Assembly: GCF_000189555.1 (NCBI RefSeq)
Contig: NC_017276.1
Reading direction: 5' to 3' (one strand)
Length of the DNA stretch: 64,000 bases
DNA from: Saccharolobus islandicus REY15A
Lineage (GTDB): Archaea; Thermoproteota; Thermoprotei_A; Sulfolobales; Sulfolobaceae
Under the pieces are notes generated by a model. It was not told the origin of the DNA. It ran no database searches and saw nothing but the letters and a program-made list of their open reading frames with translations. The translations under genes and the position numbers were made by a program. Each line of letters opens with the position of its first letter. Position 1 is the first letter of the stretch. This document shows positions 24,337 through 36,039 of the stretch, in pieces.

Positions 24337-25400
24337 ATATATAGTAGGAATAATGAAAGCGCGAAAGAATAGAACGAAATTTGATACCCAGACACTATAT
24401 TGTTAGTAGAACCTGATAAGAATCCTCCAACAACATTTGCTATATCTTCACTGACGTTGAATATTCCAATAATTGTTGCCTTATTTCTCTTTAACCCCTT
24501 TATTAATAGTGAGAAGAAAGAGATATTATATACTGGAAATAATGGACCGAAGACCAAAAACAATAACATGGTTCCTTCATATATTTTTAATCCCATAAGA
24601 ATTATGTAAACTAATGATAAAACTATTAATGATCTAGCAAATGTTACTAATAACATAAAGTATTCTTCCCTCCCTTTAACCACGCTTATTCCTTTACTGT
24701 AAATCACTTCTTCTATTAAATAAAGGAAAGTATAACTGAGGAATATAACGTAAGACGGATTTAACATTAAATAATTTAAAGGTACGAATAAGGTATAGAA
24801 TATTTCGGCTGCCATATTAAACCAGAAATAAGATATGATCGGAATGAGTAAAATTCTAAGTAATTTGTTCCTATCAGCAACATCATAATTAATCCCACCA
24901 TCATATTTAGGAATATGAATTACATTGAAGATAAGGGAAACTGAAAAGAATATAAGTATAAGGTAGTCGTTATGATAAAAAGCAGAAAGTAAACTACCAG
25001 TAACATTTCCGGCTAATGAAATTTGAGATAATCTAGTATTTCCCAAAACTAATTTTTCTTGGGGAGTCGTTTCAAGCAGTATTGCCGAATATATAGGACC
25101 ATCTAATGCTGAAACGAATCCACTTAATTCGTAAGCTATTAATTTATCGTAGTGATATATTAGGCCAATAACTACACCAAATAACGAGAGTATTACCGCG
25201 TACTCCTTTCTTAACCTCGTCTTATCAATTAGATAACCCCATATATAAGATCCTAACGCATTTAACGCATTATAAATCCCAGTAATTACACCTAATAAGA
25301 TCAACGATTTAGTCTCGCTATAGAACTCTACAGGGAATAATAGACCTATCATTGTGAAGCTCGTTATGATAAAGTATTGTCCCATATACTTTCTTATCAC
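24297..25400 (-). CDS. MFS transporter
   Basis: Many TM segments; motif A-like WGYLIDKTRLRK. Confidence 0.8.
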   Translation of the reverse strand: MIRKYMGQYFIITSFTMIGLLFPVEFYSETKSLILLGVITGIYNALNALGSYIWGYLIDKTRLRKEYAVILSLFGVVIGLIYHYDKLIAYELSGFVSALDGPIYSAILLETTPQEKLVLGNTRLSQISLAGNVTGSLLSAFYHNDYLILIFFSVSLIFNVIHIPKYDGGINYDVADRNKLLRILLIPIISYFWFNMAAEIFYTLFVPLNYLMLNPSYVIFLSYTFLYLIEEVIYSKGISVVKGREEYFMLLVTFARSLIVLSLVYIILMGLKIYEGTMLLFLVFGPLFPVYNISFFSLLIKGLKRNKATIIGIFNVSEDIANVVGGFLSGSTNNIVSGYQISFYSFALSLFLLYIYLRKPLRVSASS

Positions 25401-25456
25401 AATATTTCAACTAGTAAAGCAAAACGTTAATAAGAGATATGGTAGTGTCTTATCAT

Positions 25457-26218
25457 ATGAGGTTTAAAGATAAAGTTATTCTAATAACTGGAGGTACTAG
25501 AGGGATAGGAAGGGCAATTACGGAAGCGTTTTTAAGGGAGGAAGGATTACCAATAGTCCTTTATAATTCTGCGGAAAATGAGGCTAAAAAACTAAGAGAG
25601 AAAGGGGTTTTCACAATAAAGTGCGATGTGGGAAACAGAGATGAAGTTAAAAAGTCTAAAGAGGTAGTTGAGAAGGAATTTGGGAGAGTTGATGTAATAG
25701 TTAATAACGCGGGAATAATGGTCTTGATGCCATTTGAGGAATTTGATGACGAGAAGTATAACAAGATGATAAAAATTAATCTGAACGGTGCGATATATAC
25801 CACTTATGAATTTCTTCCCTTATTAAAGTTATCAAAAAACGGTGCAATAGTTAATATAGCTTCAAATGCGGGTATCGGAACTGCAGCTGAAGGTACTACA
25901 TTTTACGCAATAACCAAAGCAGGCATTATAATTCTTACAAGAAGGTTAGCCTTCGAGTTGGGAAAATATGGGATAAGAGTTAACGCTGTAGCGCCAGGTT
26001 GGGTAGAGACTGATATGACGTTGTCTGGAAAAAACCAAGAGGATGCTGAGAAATTGAGGGAGTTATTTAGGAATAAGACAGTTCTAAAAACTACTGGAAA
26101 GCCCGAGGATATAGCAAATATCGTATTGTTCTTATCGAGTGATGAAGCGAGGTACATTACTGGGCAAGTCATAGTTGCAGATGGAGGGAGAATAGATAAT
26201 TTAACTCATTCGTTATAA
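25457..26218 (+). CDS. SDR family NAD(P)-dependent oxidoreductase
   Basis: [27 protein letters not shown]. Confidence 0.92.
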   Translation: MRFKDKVILITGGTRGIGRAITEAFLREEGLPIVLYNSAENEAKKLREKGVFTIKCDVGNRDEVKKSKEVVEKEFGRVDVIVNNAGIMVLMPFEEFDDEKYNKMIKINLNGAIYTTYEFLPLLKLSKNGAIVNIASNAGIGTAAEGTTFYAITKAGIIILTRRLAFELGKYGIRVNAVAPGWVETDMTLSGKNQEDAEKLRELFRNKTVLKTTGKPEDIANIVLFLSSDEARYITGQVIVADGGRIDNLTHSL

Positions 26219-26228
26219 TCTTCTAAAT

Positions 26229-26972
26229 GTGAAGATAGTAAGTTGGAATGTTAATGGTATACGTGCAGCTTTAAAGAAGAATCTAATAGACTTCATAGAA
26301 AATAACATGTTTGAAGTGATAATGTTTCAAGAAACTAAAGGTGATATAGTTCCACTTGATTTTATTATGATGGGTTATGAAGTAATTTCGTTTCCAGCAA
26401 AGAGAAAAGGATATAGTGGGGTGATGACATTAACTAAGATAAAGCCCATAAATGTGATTAAAGGTCTTCAAATTAAGGAATTCGACGATGAAGGAAGAAC
26501 AGTTACCTTAGAACTGAAGGACTTCTACGTGATTAATGCATACTTTCCTAGGGCAGGAGATAACCTAGAAAGGTTGGACTTTAAGCTAAAATTTAATAAT
26601 GAAATTGAAAATTTTGTTCTTAAATTAAGAAGAGCTAAACCGGTAATACTTTGTGGAGATTTTAACATTGCACACCAAAATATTGATGGAGCTTTTTCTG
26701 ACCCAACAATTCCCGGACTTACACCACAAGAGAGATCGTGGTTCTCTCACTTTCTCTCTTTAGGTTTCATTGATACTTTTAGATATCTACACCCAAATGT
26801 TAGAAAATATAGTTGGTGGAGCTACATGGGAAAGGCTAGGGAGAAGAATTTGGGACTAAGATTAGATTATTGTATAGTGTCGGAAGAGTTAAAAGATAGG
26901 ATAAAAATGGCTGATATTTTGATAGATATACAAGGCTCAGATCACGCACCTATTATCTTAGAATTAACGTAA
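26229..26972 (+). CDS. xth: Exodeoxyribonuclease III / AP endonuclease
   Basis: SWNVNG, QETK, GYSGV, CGDFN, RLDY, SDHAP. Confidence 0.95.
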   Translation: MKIVSWNVNGIRAALKKNLIDFIENNMFEVIMFQETKGDIVPLDFIMMGYEVISFPAKRKGYSGVMTLTKIKPINVIKGLQIKEFDDEGRTVTLELKDFYVINAYFPRAGDNLERLDFKLKFNNEIENFVLKLRRAKPVILCGDFNIAHQNIDGAFSDPTIPGLTPQERSWFSHFLSLGFIDTFRYLHPNVRKYSWWSYMGKAREKNLGLRLDYCIVSEELKDRIKMADILIDIQGSDHAPIILELT

Positions 26973-28631
26973 ATTATATTCTATAGTAGTATAGATTGTT
27001 CTAGCGTTAGTTCTTTGTAATAGCATGTCATACAAGAGGTTAACTAACCATGATGGCATATTATTTATTTTAGGTAATATGGCGTACTGCCTAGCGAGTT
27101 TTAGATTATTCAAGTAATTTCCTCTACCCATTTGAAATTCTTCTATCGCCTTTTCTATTAACTCATAGTATTCTTTAGGATATACGTAACTATCGAATAG
27201 AAGCTTATAGGCTGTTGCGCCCAAGGCAAATACGTCCATACTAGGTAATGCCCCTTTATTCTTTAGCATAGCAGCTTCTATTTGATCTATAGGGCAATAG
27301 AATTCCGTAAATTCAGCTACACTTTCGCCTATTCTACTGGCTGAGCCCAAATCTCCTAATTTAACCACCACTTTACCACTAGTCAAATTACTGAGGATTT
27401 CTTTCTCTTTACTACCAGGGAATTTACTGAAATAGATATTTTGTGGTTTTACATCTAAATGAACATAACCAGATGAATGGATAATATCTAACGCCTTTGC
27501 TACATCTCTAATTAATATTCCAACAATTCTATACCAATCTTTACTTCTACTTGTGTTTAAAAGCTGTAAAGCATTACCGCCCTCCATTAATTCTATTATT
27601 ATATAAGGTGGCCTAGTTAGGTAGAGATAGCTCTCCCCTTTCTCAATTTTCATTATATTGCTAATATCTATTTCACTTATTGCAAACAACTGTACTGCAT
27701 TTTGAGTTTTATATCCAATCTCCTGTAAATTGATAAATTCCCTACTAAGATCAAATATTATATTACTAGCACTAATCCTAGTCTGTCCTGGGGTGCTCTT
27801 ACTAATCTTCGGAATTTTCATCGCATATAACATATTTGCCCTCTTGACTTTTAACACGTATGAGCTACCACCTATGGCTATTATATCAATAACTTCGTAT
27901 TCATTTATCTTATTTCCTATCCATAACTTTGGATCCCAGTTGCTAATATCTGGTATTTTGCTAATTTTTGTGAAATAAATTTCCAATAAGTTACTACTTA
28001 TAATTCCACTATTAGGCTTTGGCATATAAGTATTATATCCTTCTAAAATACTATCAACATAGAAGCTAGGTTTTTCCTTGTTAACTTTTACTTTTGCTTG
28101 AGAGTCAGAAAAAGTGTATTTTTGTCCTTCAATATTAATTTTCCACTTTAGGTTATTTGGCAAGCCATAAACTTTTATCAAGACAGTCCTTAGACTTACT
28201 CTCCACGCTAATAATTGTATAGTGTTGCCTATCTCATAAAATCCTATCAAAACCCAACTCATTAGAAATTTTGGAATTAATTCCACAAAAAAGAGATTAT
28301 ACACATACAATACGATGTAAGATACTGATAGTGAAATAGCTATAATTCCATATTTTCTTAGAGTCTTGTATTTATAAGCCTTATAAAGAAATATGGAAGC
28401 TAGAAAATAAGATATGGCGGAAAGTGGTAGTAGAGAAGGGAAAAATATGAAAGGAGAGTATAATGTAAATGTATAGAGTATTCCAGCTAATGTGGAATAT
28501 CCAATTGAAGAAAGGGAGCCTAAGGCTATCCCATACATTATGTATCCAAGAAGGGGAATGATAGTTGATACCAATATACCATTTTTAGCGAGAACGAATC
28601 TCACTTCATTACTTTTTACTCCTCGTCTCAT
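26964..28631 (-). CDS. Membrane-bound Hanks-type Ser/Thr protein kinase
   Basis: About 4-5 N-terminal TM helices; [26 protein letters not shown]. Confidence 0.9.
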   Translation of the reverse strand: MRRGVKSNEVRFVLAKNGILVSTIIPLLGYIMYGIALGSLSSIGYSTLAGILYTFTLYSPFIFFPSLLPLSAISYFLASIFLYKAYKYKTLRKYGIIAISLSVSYIVLYVYNLFFVELIPKFLMSWVLIGFYEIGNTIQLLAWRVSLRTVLIKVYGLPNNLKWKINIEGQKYTFSDSQAKVKVNKEKPSFYVDSILEGYNTYMPKPNSGIISSNLLEIYFTKISKIPDISNWDPKLWIGNKINEYEVIDIIAIGGSSYVLKVKRANMLYAMKIPKISKSTPGQTRISASNIIFDLSREFINLQEIGYKTQNAVQLFAISEIDISNIMKIEKGESYLYLTRPPYIIIELMEGGNALQLLNTSRSKDWYRIVGILIRDVAKALDIIHSSGYVHLDVKPQNIYFSKFPGSKEKEILSNLTSGKVVVKLGDLGSASRIGESVAEFTEFYCPIDQIEAAMLKNKGALPSMDVFALGATAYKLLFDSYVYPKEYYELIEKAIEEFQMGRGNYLNNLKLARQYAILPKINNMPSWLVNLLYDMLLQRTNARTIYTTIEYNLR

Positions 28632-28868
28632 TATTTTCGTGTGTGAGTTAAAGTTAAAAATTTCTATTATGGCCCTTGGATGAGATTGGCACGAATAAAT
28701 TATTCCAATTAAGATAGGTTGTTTTCCATAGATAATCAGGTCTTATTGTTATTAGTATCATGAGGGTAAGGCAGAATTTATTTATCTAAGTAAATCCCCT
28801 AGTGGAGATTTCCCTTTAAATTTTTGTGTCTAAGTAAAATTTATTAATCAAAAGTTTAGAGTGGCAAT

Positions 28869-30407
28869 ATGGAAAGAAAGCAGGTCTTTGTGAGAGAAAC
28901 TTCTGGTCTCATAAAGCAAGTATCCCTTACTGATGCGGTAATGCTCAATTTAGCTAACATGTCAATAGGCATAGCCTTATTCCAATCCATATCTCCCTAT
29001 ATAACACAAGGTGGAGTGCTATGGATGGCATCATTGATAGGTATGTTCTTAGCGTTACCTCAAGCGCTAGTTTACACCATATTCAACAGAAAGGTTGGAA
29101 GAACGGGTGGGGATTACGTATGGATATCAAGGAATTTAGGCGGAATAATAGGTACAATTTTCGCAGTAGCATATCTTTTAGAATCAACTGCGTTTTACGC
29201 TATCATCTCATTCTTCTCGGCGTCATCAATTAACTCTGCGTTGCTGACAATTGGCTATCTTAACCATCAAAATACGTTAATTTACGTTACTGAAAATGTG
29301 ATCGTTAATCCTTATGCCACTCCAACGCTTCAACAAAGGCTAATATTCTATGGAATTTCAGCACTTGCGTTTGTAATAATAGTGCTTATAAATATTCTAC
29401 ACTCCAAATGGGGGTATAAGTTAGTTACAAGTTTAGGAACGTTCTCAATTCTTACTATAATACTTGCGATGATAATAATTGCAATTAACGCTAAGCATTT
29501 TGATTCTTCAGTCATACCTTTACTTAAGGACTTTAACGTAACTGTATCATTAAACCTGCCTAAAACTATATTACCTTATTCAATATCATTACCGGCTACA
29601 CTTTCTCTCTTACCTCTCTTTTCACTGTACACATATCCTTGGATGAATGCAGGTCCTGCAGTATCTTCAGAGTTTAGGGGAGATAAGGTCTCCAAATTCA
29701 ATGTGTTCTTCTCGCTATTAATTACTGGAATTTTAGTAACATTAGGATTTCTGGAAATGGATGTTGTTGGTGGGTATTACTTTAATTTAAACGCCTATCC
29801 ATCTGCGATTTATAACTTTTGGACAGTGGCTATGGCGTTATCCTTAAATCCAATTATAGAATGGATATTGGGACTTGGGTTAATACTCTGGAATTACTTC
29901 GTCTTATCATATGGTGTCTTAGTATTTTCAAGATATGTATTTGCCCTATCATTTGACAGAGTGTTTCCTGAGAAATTATCGCAACTTAACGCACATGGAT
30001 CTCCAGTTTACGCTCACCTCCTAGATATAACCCTAACGCTATTATTCCTCTTAATTCCAGTATTTTCAATAGATGCTGCCATATCACTATATGGTGCTTC
30101 TATAGTTGGAATGTTGTATTTCTTGGCAGTAGGTATTTCAGCCATAATATTTGGACAGAAGACTAAAAGTAGATTAATGAAGATTGCAGGTATCTTAACG
30201 ACGATTTATTTCGTATATCTGACCTATGAAGCTGCGACAAATCCCTTGTTCGGTTTCTCAACGACGTCTGGTGTTAATATTATCACTTTGTCATTTGTTC
30301 TTGGGTCTTTTGTATCGGGCATAATAATCTGGAGTGTAACTAAGTACATGAATTTAAAGAAAGGAATAGATCTATCATTAACTTTTAAGGAAATTCCTCC
30401 AGAGTAG
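28869..30407 (+). CDS. APC family amino acid permease
   Basis: FVRETSGL, TGGDYVWISR, SRYVFALSFDRVFP; about 12 TM. Confidence 0.9.
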   Translation: MERKQVFVRETSGLIKQVSLTDAVMLNLANMSIGIALFQSISPYITQGGVLWMASLIGMFLALPQALVYTIFNRKVGRTGGDYVWISRNLGGIIGTIFAVAYLLESTAFYAIISFFSASSINSALLTIGYLNHQNTLIYVTENVIVNPYATPTLQQRLIFYGISALAFVIIVLINILHSKWGYKLVTSLGTFSILTIILAMIIIAINAKHFDSSVIPLLKDFNVTVSLNLPKTILPYSISLPATLSLLPLFSLYTYPWMNAGPAVSSEFRGDKVSKFNVFFSLLITGILVTLGFLEMDVVGGYYFNLNAYPSAIYNFWTVAMALSLNPIIEWILGLGLILWNYFVLSYGVLVFSRYVFALSFDRVFPEKLSQLNAHGSPVYAHLLDITLTLLFLLIPVFSIDAAISLYGASIVGMLYFLAVGISAIIFGQKTKSRLMKIAGILTTIYFVYLTYEAATNPLFGFSTTSGVNIITLSFVLGSFVSGIIIWSVTKYMNLKKGIDLSLTFKEIPPE

Positions 30408-30767
30408 ATCAAACATTTTCTCAGAGAAAGCAATCAGTTTCTCAATATCCTTTTCGTTAAGCTCCAAGGGTATTGAATATCCTAATCTAATTTTGATGTC
30501 GTCTAACAATCTGATGATATCCCTTTCTTTAATTCTAATTTCGGAGAGTCTATCATCATGTGAATATCTGGATATTACTCTAAAAAGCACATCAAAATCA
30601 AGATACCATGGTATGTCAGCCCCTAACTTGATTAATGTTGCATTTAACATTAAGTATAGAGACTCTTCGGCAGCTATTGCTGCTATTTCATAAAATCCTG
30701 AATTAAAATTGAATTTTGATGCACGTAAAAGCTCATTTGCCCTTTGGAATAATGGTTCTAAGTTCAT
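30378..30767 (-). CDS. HEPN domain protein
   Basis: Helical pattern ANELLRASKFNFNSGFYEIAAIAAEES...DIEKLIAFSEKMF typical of archaeal HEPN proteins. Confidence 0.7.
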   Translation of the reverse strand: MNLEPLFQRANELLRASKFNFNSGFYEIAAIAAEESLYLMLNATLIKLGADIPWYLDFDVLFRVISRYSHDDRLSEIRIKERDIIRLLDDIKIRLGYSIPLELNEKDIEKLIAFSEKMFDLLWRNFLKS

Positions 30768-30814
30768 AATATTAACAATTAAATTACGCTTTTTAAGTTC
30801 TTTACGCCTAGTCT

Positions 30815-31219
30815 TTACTTTATTGACAGTTTATCCATAATTTCCTTGGGCATCTCAGTTGATTTCCATATTTTTGGATTAATTGCTATTTGTATTAAAT
30901 ACCCTTCAGTTGTCAGTTCCCCATCCCTTAAAATTCTAAAGTCAAACTTTATCGTTTTATTAGACAAGATTTTTGGGTTTAATAAAATAGTAAGCCTATC
31001 ACCTAACTTGACTGGTTTACGATATATGGCATGAGATTCCGCTATAACAAACCATAAATCGTCATTGACTATGGGATATGGTATTCCAACTTTTTCTTTA
31101 ATAAATTTTTCTATCGTATTGGTAAAAAATCTATAATATGCGGCGTAGTGTGCTATACCTTGAGCGTCAGTATCATATATTCTAACTACGTCTTCAAAAA
31201 CATATTCGATATTCTCCAT
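30815..31219 (-). CDS. 4-hydroxybenzoyl-CoA/YbgC-like thioesterase
   Basis: VRIYDTDAQGIAHYAAYY motif. Confidence 0.88.
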   Translation of the reverse strand: MENIEYVFEDVVRIYDTDAQGIAHYAAYYRFFTNTIEKFIKEKVGIPYPIVNDDLWFVIAESHAIYRKPVKLGDRLTILLNPKILSNKTIKFDFRILRDGELTTEGYLIQIAINPKIWKSTEMPKEIMDKLSIK

Positions 31220-31268
31220 ATTCTATGCGTTGTTCATCATGGTTTTTATCTTTTTACTCTAAAACGCA

Positions 31269-31952
31269 CTAGGATTTAGGAAATATGGCCATTATTGTAA
31301 GGTCACCGAATTCATTGTTTTCATTCAATAACGATATTAAGTTATCATAATCCCTCCTTCTCTCATCATCGTAACTGAGTTTCTCAAATACCACTATTCT
31401 ACAGTTTAAATTATTATCATAGAGGAATTTGGCTACTTTTTGTGGCCCATCTTTGTAAGGTTCTGGTATTACCACGGCTACACGACCCATCTTCAATATG
31501 TTAAGAAGATCATTCAAAGATTTCGATATATCTCCCCTTACATGTAAGGTTACAAAGCCAATAAAATTTATGTCAAGACCCAGTCTAGAAAGGGCAATAT
31601 TTAGAGAGGATACTCCAGAGATTATATTTACCTTAACACCTTTACTCGTAGCTATGTTCCTTATCTTTTCCACAAATTGCCAGTCAGATACTGAAGGATC
31701 TCCATGATCAAGTATTGCAACGTTCTCAGTTTTCCCTATTTCAATAATCTCTTCTAGCATTTCGCTCTCTTTTTTATATGTTAATACCATCGTTCGTTTA
31801 CCTTCTAATATTGGCCAAAATCTTTCTAAGACTGATTTCCATCCAGCTACTATTGAACTATCCTTTATGGCCTTATATCCCTTTAATGTAAGATACTCTG
31901 GATCTCCAGGGCCTACTCCAATGATGTAAACTGGAATTTCACTCACCCTCAT
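31269..31952 (-). CDS. cbiE: Cobalt-precorrin-7 C5-methyltransferase
   Basis: GVGPGDP, GDP, GVSS, TLH; position in the cbi cluster. Confidence 0.82.
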   Translation of the reverse strand: MRVSEIPVYIIGVGPGDPEYLTLKGYKAIKDSSIVAGWKSVLERFWPILEGKRTMVLTYKKESEMLEEIIEIGKTENVAILDHGDPSVSDWQFVEKIRNIATSKGVKVNIISGVSSLNIALSRLGLDINFIGFVTLHVRGDISKSLNDLLNILKMGRVAVVIPEPYKDGPQKVAKFLYDNNLNCRIVVFEKLSYDDERRRDYDNLISLLNENNEFGDLTIMAIFPKS

Positions 31953-32928
31953 AAGTTGCTACTGCAATAGTGGAATTTCTACTTATGGCTATTTTTCTCA
32001 ATATCAATTTTGAATTAATTCCACCAGCTATTAGGGCGGAAATTTCAGCTACTCCTTTCAAGCCAACTTCAATGAGGGTTTTGCTAGGAGGAGTAAGGCA
32101 TGGATTTGTAAAGTTGTTTATCTCCTCCTCGTTTACTAATCTAAATTTAACATTAATTTCATCAGCAATTTTCTTGACCTCTTCTCGAATAGACGCAATT
32201 ATGCCAATTCTCTCTCTTTTTAAGTTAAGCCTTTCTAGTACCTTGTATATTCCATCTCTAATCTCATCTATTTTCACGTCTTTTTTAGACCCTACACCTA
32301 TTGATATCTTTAGTGGTTTCAGCCATACTACTATCTTATCCTTATACTCCTTATCGTTCCTCAACGATACGATGTAATTGCACTCCTCACTATTTATCCT
32401 TATATTTTCGGGGAACGTAACGTTAATATCAACTCCATCCACACAAACATACTCATCTCTTAATAGGACTGCATTTATCTTAACTATATTTTCGGGATTT
32501 AATATTTTAGCAACTAAAATGTTCGCTATCTTTTCAACACTTAACTTGCCTTTTAATTCAGCAGCTGTGGTTATTATCGGTGTTGAGTTTAAAATTACAG
32601 ATAAGTCTCTTGCGATATCGTTAGCACCCCAATGCCCACCAAGAAGGGGTATAACGTAATCTATTTTATCGTCAATACATATTATTGCAGGATCCTCGGT
32701 CTTAGACTTCGCGTATTTGCAAATAATCCTAGTGGCTCCTTCTAGTGCCATTACAAATATAATCGCATCATAACATCTCCATACTGTTTCGATATCTGCG
32801 TCCTTATACTTGAAATGGACTACGGGTATCTCAAATCTTTTTAACTTCTCCTTAACTATTTCGCCTGCTTTGAAACCGTCTTCAGAGGCTGAGATTATGG
32901 CAATTCCTCGCCATAAGTTTTCTATCAT
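31939..32928 (-). CDS. cbiG: Cobalt-precorrin-5A hydrolase
   Basis: KTEDPAIICID, LLGGHWGAN, ITTA, GVAEISA. Confidence 0.92.
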   Translation of the reverse strand: MIENLWRGIAIISASEDGFKAGEIVKEKLKRFEIPVVHFKYKDADIETVWRCYDAIIFVMALEGATRIICKYAKSKTEDPAIICIDDKIDYVIPLLGGHWGANDIARDLSVILNSTPIITTAAELKGKLSVEKIANILVAKILNPENIVKINAVLLRDEYVCVDGVDINVTFPENIRINSEECNYIVSLRNDKEYKDKIVVWLKPLKISIGVGSKKDVKIDEIRDGIYKVLERLNLKRERIGIIASIREEVKKIADEINVKFRLVNEEEINNFTNPCLTPPSKTLIEVGLKGVAEISALIAGGINSKLILRKIAISRNSTIAVATYEGE

Positions 32929-32930
32929 TC

Positions 32931-33728
32931 TTAGTCTTCCTCTACTTTCCAAGGCCTATATGAATGATTATGCTTAGGATCATATACACTAGATCTTACC
33001 ATATTCTTGATCTGTTGTGGATCTGATGCTAGTCCTACTATTATTACTGAATCCCTATATATCTTAGCTTTCCTAACCTTACTCACGATGTCAGCCAAAG
33101 TTCCTTTAATTATCCTTTGCTCTGGCCAAGTTGCGCGATAGACCACTATCACTGGAGTATCATCAGTTAATCCTCCCTCCTTAAGCTCATTAACTACTCT
33201 GTCTATGATATGTATTCCAGTATAGATTACCATAGTAGCTCCAATCTTTACCATTTTGGCGAAATCTTTTATGGAACCTTGCATTGGGACTCTCAGTGAG
33301 GCTCTTGTTATAATAACAGTTTGGGAAAGCTTGGGGACTGTTAACTCAATGGGTATTACAGAAGCCGCGGCAATAGCTGCAGTGATACCTGGCACAACTT
33401 CGAATGGGATTCCAGCAGCTTCTAATGCCCACATCTCCTCAAATAACGCTCCGTAGATTGATGAGTCCCCGGATTTGAGTCTAACAACTAGTTTTCCTTC
33501 ACTCGCTTTTTTGACCATTATCTCCACTATCTCATTTAATGTAAGCGATGAACTATTGTATACTTCGGCATCCTTTCGAGACCATTTCAATATTTCTGGA
33601 TTTACAAGGGAACCTGCGTATACTATTACATCAGCTGTTTCTATGTATTTCTTGGCCTTTACTGTAATTAGCTCAGGATCTCCTGGGCCAGATCCAATGA
33701 AAACCACTTTTCCTACCATTATTGTCAC
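32931..33728 (-). CDS. cbiF: Cobalt-precorrin-4 C11-methyltransferase
   Basis: GSGPGDPELIT, YAGSLV, RLKSGD, PVIVVYRATWP. Confidence 0.92.
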   Translation of the reverse strand: MTIMVGKVVFIGSGPGDPELITVKAKKYIETADVIVYAGSLVNPEILKWSRKDAEVYNSSSLTLNEIVEIMVKKASEGKLVVRLKSGDSSIYGALFEEMWALEAAGIPFEVVPGITAAIAAASVIPIELTVPKLSQTVIITRASLRVPMQGSIKDFAKMVKIGATMVIYTGIHIIDRVVNELKEGGLTDDTPVIVVYRATWPEQRIIKGTLADIVSKVRKAKIYRDSVIIVGLASDPQQIKNMVRSSVYDPKHNHSYRPWKVEED

Positions 33729-34393
33729 CTTTTCTTTCTCAAAGCTATTATCATTGAGAAGTAATCCTTATCATTAACGATCTCTTTTTCCATATTAACT
33801 AACTTTTCGTCGTTCATGAAACATCTTCTAGCATAAAGTAAGTCGTATTTGTTGGAAAGCATTTGAGCTATTTCCTTAATGTTCTCGTTAGCCTTAAGTA
33901 CTATTATAGTCTCGAATATTTCGCTAGCTTTTTCAATAGAGTCTAGTCTTGAAGCTGGTATTATACTTATCGAATCCTCAGAATTCGCTAAAGATATCAT
34001 GGCTTTTGAGGCACAAGCGGTTACGGAAGAGACACCGGGGATAATTTCCACGTTAACATTACATGGTAATTTATCCTTTATTCTGAAGAATGTGCTATAT
34101 AACGTTGGATCACCTAAGGTTACAAATGCGGAGTCGCCTTCACTTTCATTACAGATCTTTTCTCCTATCTTTTTCAACTCATTCTCATTAACGTCCTTTG
34201 CCATGGGAAAACCTAATAGAACCAGCTTTGAATTACTTTTAGCATATTTCTTGACTATGTTCTCTGCCAGACTTCTATTGGTTCCAGTGGAATAGGGAAT
34301 GAAGATAGTTCTAACCTCCTTAAGGATTTTCGCTCCTCTTATAGTTATTAACTCCTCATCACCTGGTCCTAATCCAACCACGTAAAGTTTCAT
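33725..34393 (-). CDS. cbiL: Cobalt-factor II C20-methyltransferase
   Basis: GLGPGDEELIT, FPM, TLGDPTLYST, IIVLK. Confidence 0.88.
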   Translation of the reverse strand: MKLYVVGLGPGDEELITIRGAKILKEVRTIFIPYSTGTNRSLAENIVKKYAKSNSKLVLLGFPMAKDVNENELKKIGEKICNESEGDSAFVTLGDPTLYSTFFRIKDKLPCNVNVEIIPGVSSVTACASKAMISLANSEDSISIIPASRLDSIEKASEIFETIIVLKANENIKEIAQMLSNKYDLLYARRCFMNDEKLVNMEKEIVNDKDYFSMIIALRKKR

Positions 34394-34989
34394 TGCTTTT
34401 CACCCGAAATTATAAATATTGGATTTCTCGTCATCATTGCAGTACCTACTTTTGTTTTCATACCTTTTGCAATAATTACCTCCGTTATCTCTAAATTCAT
34501 GAATCCAATGTTCTCCATCGCAGATATGGCATTATTTACAGTTTCCAATAGTATAGCGTCAATAACTACTCTTCCCCCTTTTTTTATTATTTCCCAAGAG
34601 GCCGATATAATTTCCTTAATTTTCTCTGATCCACCTCCTATGAAAATCCTATCGAATTTCTCATTAATCGTAAACAATATCTCCGGCGCTTCACCTTTTA
34701 TGAGTACTATGTTGTTTAAAACTCCAAACTTTTCTGCATTTCTCCTAGTTAAGTTAATAGCTTTTTCCTCCTTATCTACACCGTAAACCTTCCCAGTACT
34801 TCCAACCAGTAATGAAGCCTCTACAGTAACGCTACCCGTTCCACATCCAATATCTAAGATCATATCACCTTTTCTTATCCTCAATTTGGATAAAGCCAAA
34901 GCCCTTATCTCCTCTTTAGTCATTGGTATTTCCTCATCCCTTTCAAAGAAGTTATCTGGAATCCCTGGTATAACGTATTTCCATTCCAT
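34390..34989 (-). CDS. cbiT: Cobalt-precorrin-6B C15-methyltransferase (decarboxylating)
   Basis: IPMTKEEIR, DIGCGTGSV, IFIGG, NPIFII. Confidence 0.93.
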   Translation of the reverse strand: MEWKYVIPGIPDNFFERDEEIPMTKEEIRALALSKLRIRKGDMILDIGCGTGSVTVEASLLVGSTGKVYGVDKEEKAINLTRRNAEKFGVLNNIVLIKGEAPEILFTINEKFDRIFIGGGSEKIKEIISASWEIIKKGGRVVIDAILLETVNNAISAMENIGFMNLEITEVIIAKGMKTKVGTAMMTRNPIFIISGEKQ

Positions 34990-36039
34990 TTAACATCCCA
35001 CCCTACTCAAAGATTCACCATCGTAATCGAAGATAATTACGCAGAAGTTTATATCACCATTAAAACTTTTTATCCTACTCAATATTTTCTCGGCTACAAT
35101 TTTCATCACTTTCCTTCTCTGCTCTTTTGTCATATACGTGAAAGCTTCCTCAACTGATAGAGCGTTTGTTATTTTAGTCAGCACATCGTAGGGGAGTCCT
35201 GCTAGAACTGAAGCATGGGTTAATGATTCCAGTCTAGCGTCACCTTGTGAATAATGAGTGTTAAAAATGCCTGCATATACTTTAAGAAGTTTTGCAGGTA
35301 ATCCAGCTAGTATTACCTTCCTAAAAACACTACTTGCTAACTTTATCGAATCCCCTATCCTATCCCCTACTTTTATAATACTGTTACTATTAAATAACTT
35401 TGATGCATACTTTGCTGCGGAATTTCCTGGAGCAATCACTACGAAGTCGTAAGACTGCCTAATTACGTTAAGCTCACATTTAATATGCTCTAAGTAATCA
35501 TCATCGCTAACAGGCGTCTCAATACCCGTCGTACCCAGTATGGAAATCCCACCCACTATTCCAACCATTTTATTTAAGGTATTTTCAGCAATGATATCTC
35601 CATTTGGTACTTCAATCGTTATCTGTATTCCCTTATCTGTAACTTCCCTTATTGCGTTGATTACCATATCCCTTACAGTAGGGCTTATTGCCGTCTCCCC
35701 AATGGTTGCCTTTAACCCACTCCTTGTAACTTTACCAACCCCCTTTCCTCCAACTATAACAATTTCATTACTCTCATTTAGTTTAGCACAACATCTTATC
35801 GCTAACCCATCTAGAATATCTGGATTATCGCCCGAAAATTTCTTAACTTCAGCACATGCAATTCCACTATCTATCTCAACTTTTTCCACGGGTATTTCCA
35901 GTCTTAATCCTATAGGTGTCGGTATTACCACTGTGTTTCTTTTCTCTCTATTAAGTAATCCTATAACTGCTGCCTTTGCGGCTGCAGAGGCTGCAGCTCC
36001 AGTGGTTATTCCAAATCTCTTTAAGGAGTTTATTATCAT
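34990..36039 (-). CDS. cbiD: Cobalt-precorrin-5B C1-methyltransferase
   Basis: [36 protein letters not shown]. Confidence 0.93.
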   Translation of the reverse strand: MIINSLKRFGITTGAAASAAAKAAVIGLLNREKRNTVVIPTPIGLRLEIPVEKVEIDSGIACAEVKKFSGDNPDILDGLAIRCCAKLNESNEIVIVGGKGVGKVTRSGLKATIGETAISPTVRDMVINAIREVTDKGIQITIEVPNGDIIAENTLNKMVGIVGGISILGTTGIETPVSDDDYLEHIKCELNVIRQSYDFVVIAPGNSAAKYASKLFNSNSIIKVGDRIGDSIKLASSVFRKVILAGLPAKLLKVYAGIFNTHYSQGDARLESLTHASVLAGLPYDVLTKITNALSVEEAFTYMTKEQRRKVMKIVAEKILSRIKSFNGDINFCVIIFDYDGESLSRVGC

